Below, piece by piece: positions 1-10,646 of a stretch of 64,000 nucleotides of DNA. Source of the stretch: Spirochaetia bacterium (GTDB lineage Bacteria; Spirochaetota; Spirochaetia; SZUA-6; Bin103). The stretch covers positions 256,001 through 320,000 of the forward strand of contig CBDAOI010000003.1 in NCBI GenBank assembly GCA_965198005.1. The letters are read 5' to 3'. The translations under genes were made by a program, and so were the position numbers. Each line of letters starts with the position of its first letter. Within the stretch, counting starts at the first letter, position 1. The notes below the pieces were generated by a model. The model was not told the DNA's origin and searched no databases. It saw only the letters and a list, made by a program, of their open reading frames with translations.

Positions 1-730
1 GATTCCATGGGTGTCGCAACTTGGCCCATTCCTCCGGGCACAGCGGCCGCCTTCCGTCGAGAGAGAAGTATGGGCGTCCGGCGGGATCACCATGTCGGTT
101 GGCGTACGCGACCATTCGAGCCATCATTTCCGGGGGCGGCAAGTACCACAGCCAATCCTGTGTGAGGTACTTGCGCGTGGCCGCGTTCTTGACTCCACAC
201 GCCTCGTTTGCCTGGTGTAGCGGCATTCCGGTGCGCCGCCACTCCGAGCGTAGCCATTGACTACCCGACATGGTCCCCTGGACTGACGAGAAATCCAGCC
301 GCCGCCGGTAGAACACGCACACCTCGGTAACCGTAGGAAGTCGGCGGATCGTAGCCCCGTTCACGTTTCCTGCGATGTGCCTGATACCCTTGTCCCAGAC
401 TATGGTCTGGACATACTCCCAACCGTGGGACACGAGCAGCGAGTGTACCGTCGCCCATCCGATCTCAGTATTCCAGAACCACAGTGTTGTCGCCGGGTGA
501 GCACGTTCCGACCAGGTCGCGACGTGTTGCGCGTACCACTCGTCAAGCCGAGAAGGTGTGCGCGGGTCGCCCGGAAAGCCTCCGACGCCATATGCGCCGT
601 CGGAGATGATGAGATCAGGGGCTTCCCACCTGGAGTACGCTTCCTCGGCCCTTCCCACGTGCAACTTGCAAGATCCTGCCGCTGGCTTCGTCACAGTGGA
701 TGACCCCCAAGGAATCTTACCGCAGACCAT
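1..730 (-). CDS. DNA methyltransferase, N4/N6 family (beta-class-like), 3' end runs off the window
   Basis: Manual translation of an open minus-strand frame missing from the ORF track: ...PDLIISDGAYG...LWFWNTEIGW...IVWDKG...; DGAY sits at the DPPY-type motif IV position. Start could instead be GTG at 694. Confidence 0.75.
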   Translation of the reverse strand, partial: MVCGKIPWGSSTVTKPAAGSCKLHVGRAEEAYSRWEAPDLIISDGAYGVGGFPGDPRTPSRLDEWYAQHVATWSERAHPATTLWFWNTEIGWATVHSLLVSHGWEYVQTIVWDKGIRHIAGNVNGATIRRLPTVTEVCVFYRRRLDFSSVQGTMSGSQWLRSEWRRTGMPLHQANEACGVKNAATRKYLTQDWLWYLPPPEMMARMVAYANRHGDPAGRPYFSLDGRRPLCPEEWAKLRHPWN

Positions 731-785
731 ACTACAGTGAACGCGCGCATGTGGCCCCGTGCTTCAACCGTGCTCGACGACGGGA

Positions 786-1352
786 CTAACTGCCCCCGGG
801 GAGAGCCGCGCCGTCGAACTCGCCGCGTTCGTGGCGACGGGCGAGCGCGGTGTAGTAGCCGACGATGCGGGTGACGTAGGCGCGGTCGGCCGCGGTCACC
901 ATGCGGACCGCCTTGGCCGGCACCCCGGCCAGCAGGGTGCCCGGTTCCGCGCGCGTGCCCGGCCGCACTACCGCGCCGGCCGCCACCAGACAGCCGGCGC
1001 CGAGCACGGTGCCGTCGAGCACCGTGGCCCCGATCCCGATCAGGCAGCTCTCGCCGACTTCCCGGCAATGGACGCAGGCCTGATGTCCGATCACCACCTC
1101 GTCACCGATCTCCAGCGATTCGCCGCTGCGCGTATGCAGCATCGCCTGGTCCTGGATCGAGCAGCGCGCGCCAACCCGGATCGGCGCGACGTCGCCGCGG
1201 ATGCAGGTGAACGGCCACACGTTGGTGTCGACCCCCAGCACGACGTCGCCCACCACGATCGCGCTGCGCGCGATGAACACGTCGCCCACCCGGCGCATGG
1301 CCACCGTGCCGCCGGGGAAATTGAGTGCTTCAGTCGTCGCCATGCGCTTCAT
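786..1352 (-). CDS. gamma carbonic anhydrase family (hexapeptide repeat) protein
   Basis: IRGDVAPIRVG, IQDQAMLH, IGHQACVH, IGIGATVLDG, AGVPAK motifs; start uncertain. Confidence 0.9.
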   Translation of the reverse strand: MKRMATTEALNFPGGTVAMRRVGDVFIARSAIVVGDVVLGVDTNVWPFTCIRGDVAPIRVGARCSIQDQAMLHTRSGESLEIGDEVVIGHQACVHCREVGESCLIGIGATVLDGTVLGAGCLVAAGAVVRPGTRAEPGTLLAGVPAKAVRMVTAADRAYVTRIVGYYTALARRHERGEFDGAALPGGS

Positions 1353-1568
1353 CGTGGCGGCGCCGGGCGCGCTGTCAAGCGCCAAGGCGGATCAGGCAGC
1401 GCGCGTGGCGGCCTGCGGTGGCCGGGCGGCGGTGGTGGCGCGCGGCACCTTCGCCAACTCGTCGGTTCCCGGGGAGACGCCGGTATGGTCCCAACCCAGC
1501 GCCGCGTCATAACTGCCGCGCGAAGTGATGCGCCTCGGGCGCCCGTCGTCGCCGCCGTCCGCCCGGGC

Positions 1569-3344
<1,776 letters not shown>

Positions 3345-3448
3345 CCGCCGCTCCGTGTGCCCTGGCCGGCCCAACCGATCCAAGGTTTCTTGTCAATGCA
3401 CAACATTCCTTATGTACCGCCGGGCCGGCGCGGCTCGCGGAGCGGCCG

Positions 3449-4267
3449 TCAGTGCTGGCACCGGGCACAGTAGTATGTGCTGCGTTGGCCACTGCGCACC
3501 AGCCGGATCGGCGCGCCGCATTCGGCACAGGGCTGCCCACTGCGCCCATATACGGCAAGGTGACCCGTGAAGTAGCCGAGGCGCCCGTCCGCGCCGCGAA
3601 AGTCGCGCAGGGTGGTGCCGCCGGCCGCGATCGCGTCTTCCAGCACCGACCGCACCGCGGCCACGAGCGCCTCGTAGCGCGCCAGCGAGATGCGTCCGGC
3701 GGCGCGCAGCGGGTGGATGGCGGCCCGGTACAGCGCCTCGCTGGCGTAGATGTTGCCGACCCCGCAGACCACGCGGCTGTCCATCAGCACCGCCTTGACC
3801 GCCGCCGTGCGCCGCCGCGTGCGGCGGTGGAGGTACGCGCCGGTAAGCTCCGGTCCCAGCGGCTCGGGGCCCAGTCCGCGCAGGCGCGGGTGCGGCCGGT
3901 CGGCGCCGGGACTCCACAGGCAGGCGCCGAACCGGCGCGGATCGCGGAGCCGCAGTGCCTGGCCGTCGTCGAGCACCAGGTCGAGGTGGTCGTGCCGAGC
4001 CGGCGGCGTGCCCGCCGGCACCATCCGCAGACGGCCGGACATGCCCAGGTGGAGCAGCACCGTACCGGCCGGCGCCGTCTCGAGCAGCAAGTACTTGGCC
4101 CGCCGCCCGACGGCGCAGATCGTACGGCCCGGCAGCGCGCGCTCGAGTTCCGGCGGGACCGGCCAGCGGAGCTGGCGCTGCCGCACCACGACCGCGCGCA
4201 CGCGGCGGCCGACCAGCAGCGGGGCGAGGCCGCGGCGGGTGGTCTCCACCTCCGGCAATTCAGGCAT
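3449..4267 (-). CDS. mutM: formamidopyrimidine-DNA glycosylase/AP lyase
   Basis: N-terminal MPELPEVE, HLGMSG, GVGNIYA, C-terminal zinc finger. Confidence 0.97.
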   Translation of the reverse strand: MPELPEVETTRRGLAPLLVGRRVRAVVVRQRQLRWPVPPELERALPGRTICAVGRRAKYLLLETAPAGTVLLHLGMSGRLRMVPAGTPPARHDHLDLVLDDGQALRLRDPRRFGACLWSPGADRPHPRLRGLGPEPLGPELTGAYLHRRTRRRTAAVKAVLMDSRVVCGVGNIYASEALYRAAIHPLRAAGRISLARYEALVAAVRSVLEDAIAAGGTTLRDFRGADGRLGYFTGHLAVYGRSGQPCAECGAPIRLVRSGQRSTYYCARCQH

Positions 4268-4315
4268 CGGCCCTGGTCCGGGGAGCCCACGGCGGCACCG
4301 TCGAGCGCAGCCGCG

Positions 4316-4705
4316 TCAGCCTACCGACAGCGGCCAGGAGGGCATCGCCAGCAGCATCAGCGTGCTCCCCGCCAGGGCGATGTTCTTCATGAAGTTGGCC
4401 ATCTCCTGCTGCCGCGTCTGATCATCGGCGCCGGCCTGCGGCCGGTGCACCATCAACGCAGCCAGCGCCAGGAACGAGGCGACCACGATCACGCCCACCC
4501 GCGGGAAGTAGCCGAGCCCGATCGACAGCGCGCCGGCAATCAGCGCCAGACCGGTCAGCGGCACCGACACTTCCGGCAGCAGCACGCGCCGGGAGCGCGC
4601 GTAGTCGATCATCGCGGGCATACGAATGAAGTGATTGAGCCCGAAGAAGAGGTACATCAACCCGGCCAGAACCCGACCGACCAGAAAGATCACTTCCACC
4701 TCCAC
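4316..4705 (-). CDS. DoxX family membrane protein
   Basis: GRVL...GLNHF, four TM segments, FMKNIALAG. Confidence 0.85.
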   Translation of the reverse strand: MEVEVIFLVGRVLAGLMYLFFGLNHFIRMPAMIDYARSRRVLLPEVSVPLTGLALIAGALSIGLGYFPRVGVIVVASFLALAALMVHRPQAGADDQTRQQEMANFMKNIALAGSTLMLLAMPSWPLSVG

Positions 4706-4756
4706 CGGTTACCTCCTACGCGCGCCTACGACGGCGCACCCGGCTGCCGCCCACGG

Positions 4757-5257
4757 TCACGGCCGGAGGTCGTGCGCTTGCCGGCGGCCGCGATCGGGCA
4801 ACGGGCAACCGGCGGCGGCACCGAGCCGATGCCGCTGGCCGGCGACCAGCCGGTACAGCGCGTCGCGTACCGGACGCGGCACCAGCCGCAGGACGCCGGC
4901 CAGCGTCGCGTACCATCCGCCGATGGCGACGGCAACCGCGACCACTGCCTCCGACCGTACCGCGAGCCTGCCGTCCGCGCCGCGCCACACGAGCGACCCC
5001 GGCGCCTCGGCACGGCCGGCGCCGCCGCGCAACTCCGGCGGCAACAGGCGCTGCGCGATCTCGCCCTGGAGCGCGGCCAGCGCCACCCGGCCGTACCGGT
5101 CATGGTCCACCACCCATTGCGCGGCGCGCTGGCAGAGCAGACAATGACCGTCCACGAACAGGATCGGCTTGGCCGGGACGATCCGCGGCCCGCGTTTGCG
5201 CTCACCGTCATCCCAAGCGTAGACTGAAGCTGTGACGTCTCCTGATCCGTGCGCCAT
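4757..5257 (-). CDS. DCC1-like thiol-disulfide oxidoreductase (DUF393)
   Basis: LFVDGHCLLC, AALQG, RSEA, PRPVRDALYRLVA..RHRL; C-terminal part of ORF 4757..6397. Confidence 0.85.
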   Translation of the reverse strand: MAHGSGDVTASVYAWDDGERKRGPRIVPAKPILFVDGHCLLCQRAAQWVVDHDRYGRVALAALQGEIAQRLLPPELRGGAGRAEAPGSLVWRGADGRLAVRSEAVVAVAVAIGGWYATLAGVLRLVPRPVRDALYRLVAGQRHRLGAAAGCPLPDRGRRQAHDLRP

Positions 5258-5299
5258 CGGCCCATTATTACCTACACCGGGCGTCGCCACAACGCCGGC

Positions 5300-6556
5300 A
5301 TGAAACCGGTCCGGCTGGCCTACGGCCGCACCGGGCTCACGCTCGCCGTGCCGGACGCGGCGCAGGTGGTGGAACCGCGCGCGGCACCCGCGGTGGCGGA
5401 CGAGACGCGCGCCCTGGAGGCGGCGCTGGCGGCGCCGGTCGACGCCCGGCCGTTGATGGAGCTGGCCGCCGGCAAGCGGCGCGTGGTCGTGACCCACACC
5501 GACGTCACCCGTGCCACCCCCAACGACCGCATCCTGCCGGTCGTGTTGCGCACCCTGGAACGGGCCGGGGTGGAGCGCCGATCGATCACCCTGCTCAACT
5601 CCCTGGGAACGCATCGACCCCAGACCGCGGCCGAGCTGCGGCGGATGCTCGGCCCGGAGCTGGTCGCCTACTACCGCTGCGCGCAGCACGACGCCTGGGA
5701 CGACGCGGGTCTGGTGGTAGCGGGCACCACCCGGCGCGGCAACGTCGTGCGCCTCAACCGCAGCGTGATGCAGGCGGACCTGGTAATCTTCACCGGGTTC
5801 ATCGAACCGCACTTCTTCGCCGGCTTCAGCGGCGGCCCCAAGGGGGCGCTGCCCGCCCTGGCCGGCCACGAAAGCGTGCTCACCAACCACGGCTACGCGA
5901 TGATCGGCGACCCGCGGGCGACCTGGGGGATTACCGCCGGCAACCCGATCTGGGAGGAAATGGCGGAAGTCGCCCGGTTCATCGAGCCGCTGTTCCTGGT
6001 CAACGTCGCGCTCAACACCGCCGGCGCGATAACCGGCGTGTTCGCCGGTGACGTGCTGACCGCCCACCGGCGCGGCTGCGAGTTCGTACGGGACAGCGCC
6101 ATGGTCGGCGTGGAGGAGCCGTTCGACGCGGTGGTGACCACCAACAGCGGGTACCCCCTGGACCAGAATCTGTACCAGACGGTTAAGGGCATGCAGGCCG
6201 CCCGCGGCGTGGTGCGCACCGGCGGCGCCATTCTGATGGCCGCGGCGTGCGAGGACGGCTTGCCGAGTCACGGCCGCTACGCCGAGCTGCTGGCGCAGGC
6301 GGGGTCGCCGGAGGCGGTGCTGGCCATGGTCGGCGCTCCGGGGTTCGCGGCACAGGATCAATGGCAGGTGCAGATTCAAGCCCGGATTCAACGCCACGCC
6401 GACGTCTACGTGTACAGCGACGGTCTCTCCGAGGCTGAAATCCGAAGCGCCTTGCTGACGCCTTGCGGCGACCTCGAGGCGCTGCTGGCCGAGCTGCAGC
6501 CACGGCGGCTGTGCGTGCTGCCGCAGGGACCGCTGACCATCGCCTACCTGAACTGA
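5300..6556 (+). CDS. larA: nickel-pincer-dependent racemase/epimerase, LarA family
   Basis: DVTRATP, LGTHR, IEPHFFAGFSGGPK, YPLDQNLYQTVKGM. Confidence 0.9.
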   Translation: MKPVRLAYGRTGLTLAVPDAAQVVEPRAAPAVADETRALEAALAAPVDARPLMELAAGKRRVVVTHTDVTRATPNDRILPVVLRTLERAGVERRSITLLNSLGTHRPQTAAELRRMLGPELVAYYRCAQHDAWDDAGLVVAGTTRRGNVVRLNRSVMQADLVIFTGFIEPHFFAGFSGGPKGALPALAGHESVLTNHGYAMIGDPRATWGITAGNPIWEEMAEVARFIEPLFLVNVALNTAGAITGVFAGDVLTAHRRGCEFVRDSAMVGVEEPFDAVVTTNSGYPLDQNLYQTVKGMQAARGVVRTGGAILMAAACEDGLPSHGRYAELLAQAGSPEAVLAMVGAPGFAAQDQWQVQIQARIQRHADVYVYSDGLSEAEIRSALLTPCGDLEALLAELQPRRLCVLPQGPLTIAYLN

Positions 6557-6591
6557 ACGCCGCCGCCCGCCCGGCTAGCCGGACTAGCCGG

Positions 6592-7515
6592 CTAGCCGTC
6601 CCAGGGCGGGGCCAGTCCGAGCCGTTGCAGCGTGAGTTCCGCCTCGGCCCGCTCCCGGTTGCGCCGGAGCTGTCCGTCGCGGCGGCGCAACCAGCCGGCG
6701 CGCTCGGCCACCGCCAGCGCCTCCCGCGTGCGTCCCCGGTTGAGGCAGGCGACCAGTTCCAGCTCGAGGCGCGTGAGCTGCAGCGCCTGCACGCGGTAGT
6801 CGTGGAATGCCTCCCACGTGACCGGCACCCAGCGGCGCACGATCTCCTCTCCGATCAGTGCCGCGTAGGCACGGATCTCGGCCTGGGCGTGGAGGTCGGC
6901 GCGCAGGCTCAGGAAGTGCAGCAGGTTGTGCAGGTCGATCTTCCAGTACGCCTCGGTGTAGGTCGACAGCGGCAGATCCTTGCGCGCCTGCTCGCGCGCC
7001 ACTCCCGCCTCGAGCCGCTCCTGATAAACCGCCCGCGCCTGCTGCTGGAGCTCTTGCTCGCGGCGCGAGAGGCGGGCGCCGGTGGCGGGGTCCAAGGTCC
7101 CAGCCGACCCTTGCCGGTTGGCGGTGGCCTGGCGGCGCCACTGGTGTTCCCCGGTCCGGCTGGCGGCGTCGATCGCCACCGAATAGCGGGTGGAGTACTC
7201 GTTCACGTTGGCGGTACGATGGCGGATCCACTGGCGCCAACAGTCCATCGGCACCCGCACGTGGAGCTTGATCTCGCACATCTCGAACGGGGTGGTGTGC
7301 CGGTGCCGCATCAGGTAGCGGATCAGCGCGCGGTCTTCGCTCACCCGTTTGGTGCCGGCACCGTAGGACACGCGCGCCGCCTGGACGATGGCGGCGTCGC
7401 CGCCCAGGTAATCCACCACCCGCACGTAACCGTCGTCGAGCACCGGCAACCGCCGGCCGATGAGCGCGTCCAGCTCCGGCACCGCCGGCCGCCCGCTCCC
7501 CGCGTCACCGTTCAC
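6592..7515 (-). CDS. thyX: FAD-dependent thymidylate synthase
   Basis: AARVSY, HTTPFE, RQWIRHR..VNEYSTRY, NLLHFLSLR...HAQAEIR. Confidence 0.97.
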   Translation of the reverse strand: MNGDAGSGRPAVPELDALIGRRLPVLDDGYVRVVDYLGGDAAIVQAARVSYGAGTKRVSEDRALIRYLMRHRHTTPFEMCEIKLHVRVPMDCWRQWIRHRTANVNEYSTRYSVAIDAASRTGEHQWRRQATANRQGSAGTLDPATGARLSRREQELQQQARAVYQERLEAGVAREQARKDLPLSTYTEAYWKIDLHNLLHFLSLRADLHAQAEIRAYAALIGEEIVRRWVPVTWEAFHDYRVQALQLTRLELELVACLNRGRTREALAVAERAGWLRRRDGQLRRNRERAEAELTLQRLGLAPPWDG

Positions 7516-7530
7516 GCGAACAGTTTCCTC

Positions 7531-9486
7531 TCACACGAACAGTTCCTCGCCGCGCTGCAACCGGCGTGCGATTACCGCGGTCTGGTAGCCCGCACGCCGG
7601 GTCGGACAATGGGCGGCGAGGTTGCGCGCCACGCCCACCATGATCTGTTCCGCGCCGGCGTCGTTGCCGCGCGCGGCGAGCTGGGTGGTCGCCGCCTCCA
7701 GCACCTGCAGGGTGTGGAAGTCCAGGTCTTCGCGCAGCGTGGCGAAGGCCAGCGTGTCGACCAGCCGCGCGAAGTGCGCCGGCCAATCGGCGGCCGGTGA
7801 CCGCAGGTAGCCGCTGACCAGCTCGGCGGCGCGCTCGACCCCGGCCCGGTGGTCGAGCACGTGCAGCAGTTCCTTGAGCAGAGCGCCGCCGCGCGGCTCC
7901 CCGGCTGCCGCAGCGCGCCCGGCGGGGTCGCGTTCCGCAGCGTCGGGTTCGGCGGCGTCGCGTTCGGCGGGGAGCCGGGCCGGGGGCACGTTGAGGTAGC
8001 GGTCCACGTAGACCGCGACCGCGGCCTGGAACAGCGCCCGCACCACGTCCGGCCCGGTGGTTCGTTGCAGCGCCTGCTGCACGGCGTTGCAGAAGATGAA
8101 GGTGTGCTGCGGATTGAACCAGTCGCCGACCTCGTTGGAAGTGGCGAACCGCGCCAGCCGCAGGCCGGCGGCGCGGGTGATGGCGGTGCCGACCGCCGCG
8201 GGCTCCGTCCCCGCGCCGAGCGCCGCCTCCACCGCCGCGATCACCTGCAGCGGATCGCCGCCGAGCACCTCGCGCACGAGCTGCTCCTCGTCCGCCGCGA
8301 CCGGGGCGGTGCCGCTGCCGGTGCTGCCGGTGCTCCCGCTGCCCGTGCCGGTGCCGGTGCCGCTACCGGTGCCGCTGCCGCTACCGGTGCCGCTACCGGT
8401 GGCGCCGGCCAGCGCGGCCGGCAGCCGCTCCTCGGCGGCGCGCACCGCGGCGGCAATCTCCACCGGGTGGTGCCACGGCGTTCCTTCCTCCTCGCCGCGC
8501 GCCGCGGCCAGGGTCGGCGCCAGCAGCGCCAGCAGGTCGGACCGGCTGCCGGCGGTGGCGCCGTTGCCGTTGCCGCCGCCGGCGCGCAGCAGGTCGGACA
8601 GTTCCAGTGCCTTGTTGCAGGCGTCGAACAGGTGGCCGGTGTTGGCGTACAGGCGGTCGGCGGCGGCGCCGTACACCAGGTCGGCCAGAGCGGCGGGCGG
8701 CAACCGCTCGGCCGCGGTGAGCAGGGTGCGCTCCACGGCATCGCGGTGGCGGGTGCGCACCCACTGCCGCAGCCAGCGCCCCAGGGCGGCGGCCGACGCC
8801 GGGGCCGCCAGCGGATCGCGCGGGCGCCGCGGCGGGCCGGCGTTGGCCTCGGCCGCGAGCTGGCGGACCGCATAGCTCATGCCCAGGTAGAGCGTATCGC
8901 GGCTCAGCCGGGGCGCCAGGCGGGCGACGCAGGTCAGACGCACCAGCCCCTCGCCGAAGCTGGTGACGTTGGCCGTGGCATACGCGGCCACGTCCGCCAG
9001 GATCGGCGCCAGCCCGGCCCCGGCGCCGAGCAGGCTGATCAGGCTCTTGGCCTGCACCAGCCCCACGCCCAGCTCCAGGCCGCGCCGCAGGCGCCGCCGG
9101 TGGTAGGCGGCGTCACGCGGGTGGCGCGGCCGGGTGGCCACCCACACGTCGTCGCCACGCAGCTCGGTGGCGTAGGCAACGGCGTCGTCGGCCCACAGGT
9201 CGAAGGTGCAGCCGCTGGCCAGTTCGAACCGCGCCTCGTGCCAGTGGCAGGTCAGGATGCCGTCCTTCACCGAGCCGCGGTCGAGCGGGAACCCCAGGTG
9301 CGGGCAGCGGTTGTCCACCGCGTGGAGCTCCCCGTCGGCGGCGAACACCGCCACCGCGCGCTGCCCGGCCCGGGTCACCACCACGCCGCGCTGGCGCACC
9401 TCGGCCAGCGAGGCCACCCGCACCATGCCGTCGCCGCTTGCCAACTCCCGCATCCTGACCTCCCGCTCCCAGTCTCCCGCGGTCAA
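7531..9486 (-). CDS. Rieske [2Fe-2S] domain protein with long helical C-terminal region
   Basis: CPHLG...CHWH Rieske motif; C-terminal His-containing motifs (TGHLFD, QHTFIF, DFHTLQ); start uncertain. Confidence 0.85.
   Translation of the reverse strand: MTAGDWEREVRMRELASGDGMVRVASLAEVRQRGVVVTRAGQRAVAVFAADGELHAVDNRCPHLGFPLDRGSVKDGILTCHWHEARFELASGCTFDLWADDAVAYATELRGDDVWVATRPRHPRDAAYHRRRLRRGLELGVGLVQAKSLISLLGAGAGLAPILADVAAYATANVTSFGEGLVRLTCVARLAPRLSRDTLYLGMSYAVRQLAAEANAGPPRRPRDPLAAPASAAALGRWLRQWVRTRHRDAVERTLLTAAERLPPAALADLVYGAAADRLYANTGHLFDACNKALELSDLLRAGGGNGNGATAGSRSDLLALLAPTLAAARGEEEGTPWHHPVEIAAAVRAAEERLPAALAGATGSGTGSGSGTGSGTGTGTGSGSTGSTGSGTAPVAADEEQLVREVLGGDPLQVIAAVEAALGAGTEPAAVGTAITRAAGLRLARFATSNEVGDWFNPQHTFIFCNAVQQALQRTTGPDVVRALFQAAVAVYVDRYLNVPPARLPAERDAAEPDAAERDPAGRAAAAGEPRGGALLKELLHVLDHRAGVERAAELVSGYLRSPAADWPAHFARLVDTLAFATLREDLDFHTLQVLEAATTQLAARGNDAGAEQIMVGVARNLAAHCPTRRAGYQTAVIARRLQRGEELFV
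8307..8402. repeat. Gly-Ser/Gly-Thr low-complexity repeat inside the Rieske gene
   Basis: imperfect ggtgcc/gctacc/gctgcc units encoding GSGTGSGSGTGSGTGTGTGSGSTGSTGSGT. Confidence 0.85.
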
Positions 9487-10646
9487 TGGTGAAACAGCCG
9501 CAGCCCGGTCATCACCATTACCATTCCCTGCTCGTCGCAGGCGCGCACCACGTCATCGTCGCGCAGCGAGCCGCCGGGCTGGACCACGTAGCGCACCCCG
9601 ATGCGGCGCGCCACGTCGATGCTGTCACGATGGGGGAAGAACCCGTCCGACGCCAGCACCACGTCCTTGAGCCCCGCCAGCCACGCGCGCCGCGCCGCCG
9701 CTGACAACGGCGCCGGCATCTGCTCCACCTGCGCCCGCAACCAGGAGTCGTCGGTAGCTTCGACGCCGCCCACGAACTGCATGTTCCAGGTATCGCGGTC
9801 GTGGCGCCGCACGCCGGGGCGGAACCGGACCGCGCGCAGCGCCGGGTGGAAACGCAGGGACCAGGCCGCCGCCTTCTGCACCGCGAGCTGGGTGCAGTGA
9901 ATGCGCGACTGCTGGCCGGCGCCGATCCCGATGGTCTGGCCGCGGTACACGGCGCACACCGAGTTGGACTGCGTGTACTTGAGCGTAATCAGGGCGAGCA
10001 GAATGTCCCGTGCCGCCGCCGCCGGCAGGGCGCGCGCCGCGGTGGGCACCGTGCCCAGCAGCTCCGGCCCGATCGTGGCGCGGTTGCGGGGCTGCTCCAG
10101 CGTCAGGCCGAACACCTCGCGCCGCTCCCGCTCCGGGGGCTCGAACGCCGGGTCGATCGCCACCACCCGATAGGCGCCGCCCTGCTTGGCCCGCAGCAGC
10201 TCCAGCGCGGCGGCCGCATAGCCGGGCGCGATGATGCCGTCGGAGGTCTCGCGGCGCAGCAGCCGCGCCGTGGGCAGGTCCACCTCGTCGCTCACCGCCA
10301 CCCAATCGCCGTACGAACTCATCCGGTCGGCCCCGCGCGCCCGCGCGTAGGCCGCGGCGAGGGGGGACAGGTCCCCGGCGCCGGCGGCGAACACCGTCCG
10401 TTCGGTGGTGCTGAGCGGCAGCCCCAGGGCGGCGCCGGCCGGGCTGACGTGCTTGAACGAGGTGGCGGCGGGCAGCCCGGTGGCGGCCCGCGCCTCGCGC
10501 ACGAGCTGCCACGCGTTGAGCGCGTCGAGCAGGTTGACGTAGCCGGGGGCGCCGTTGAGCACCGTGATCGGCAGCGCACCGGACGCGGTCAGCCGGGCCC
10601 CCTGCTGGTGCGGATTGGCGCCGTATCGGAGCGCTAGCTCGCCCAC
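9483..10646 (-). CDS. purH: AICAR formyltransferase (PurH C-terminal domain only)
   Basis: LRYGANPHQ, SFKHVSPAG, KYTQSNSV, GQQSRIHC, SDGFFP, QPGGS, RLFHH; no IMP cyclohydrolase domain. Confidence 0.9.
   Translation of the reverse strand: MGELALRYGANPHQQGARLTASGALPITVLNGAPGYVNLLDALNAWQLVREARAATGLPAATSFKHVSPAGAALGLPLSTTERTVFAAGAGDLSPLAAAYARARGADRMSSYGDWVAVSDEVDLPTARLLRRETSDGIIAPGYAAAALELLRAKQGGAYRVVAIDPAFEPPERERREVFGLTLEQPRNRATIGPELLGTVPTAARALPAAAARDILLALITLKYTQSNSVCAVYRGQTIGIGAGQQSRIHCTQLAVQKAAAWSLRFHPALRAVRFRPGVRRHDRDTWNMQFVGGVEATDDSWLRAQVEQMPAPLSAAARRAWLAGLKDVVLASDGFFPHRDSIDVARRIGVRYVVQPGGSLRDDDVVRACDEQGMVMVMTGLRLFHH

Noticed and set aside
6571-6598. CCGGCTAGCCGG repeated palindrome between larA and thyX
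   Set aside because: Short, overlaps the thyX stop codon; most simply a local duplication or weak bidirectional terminator.
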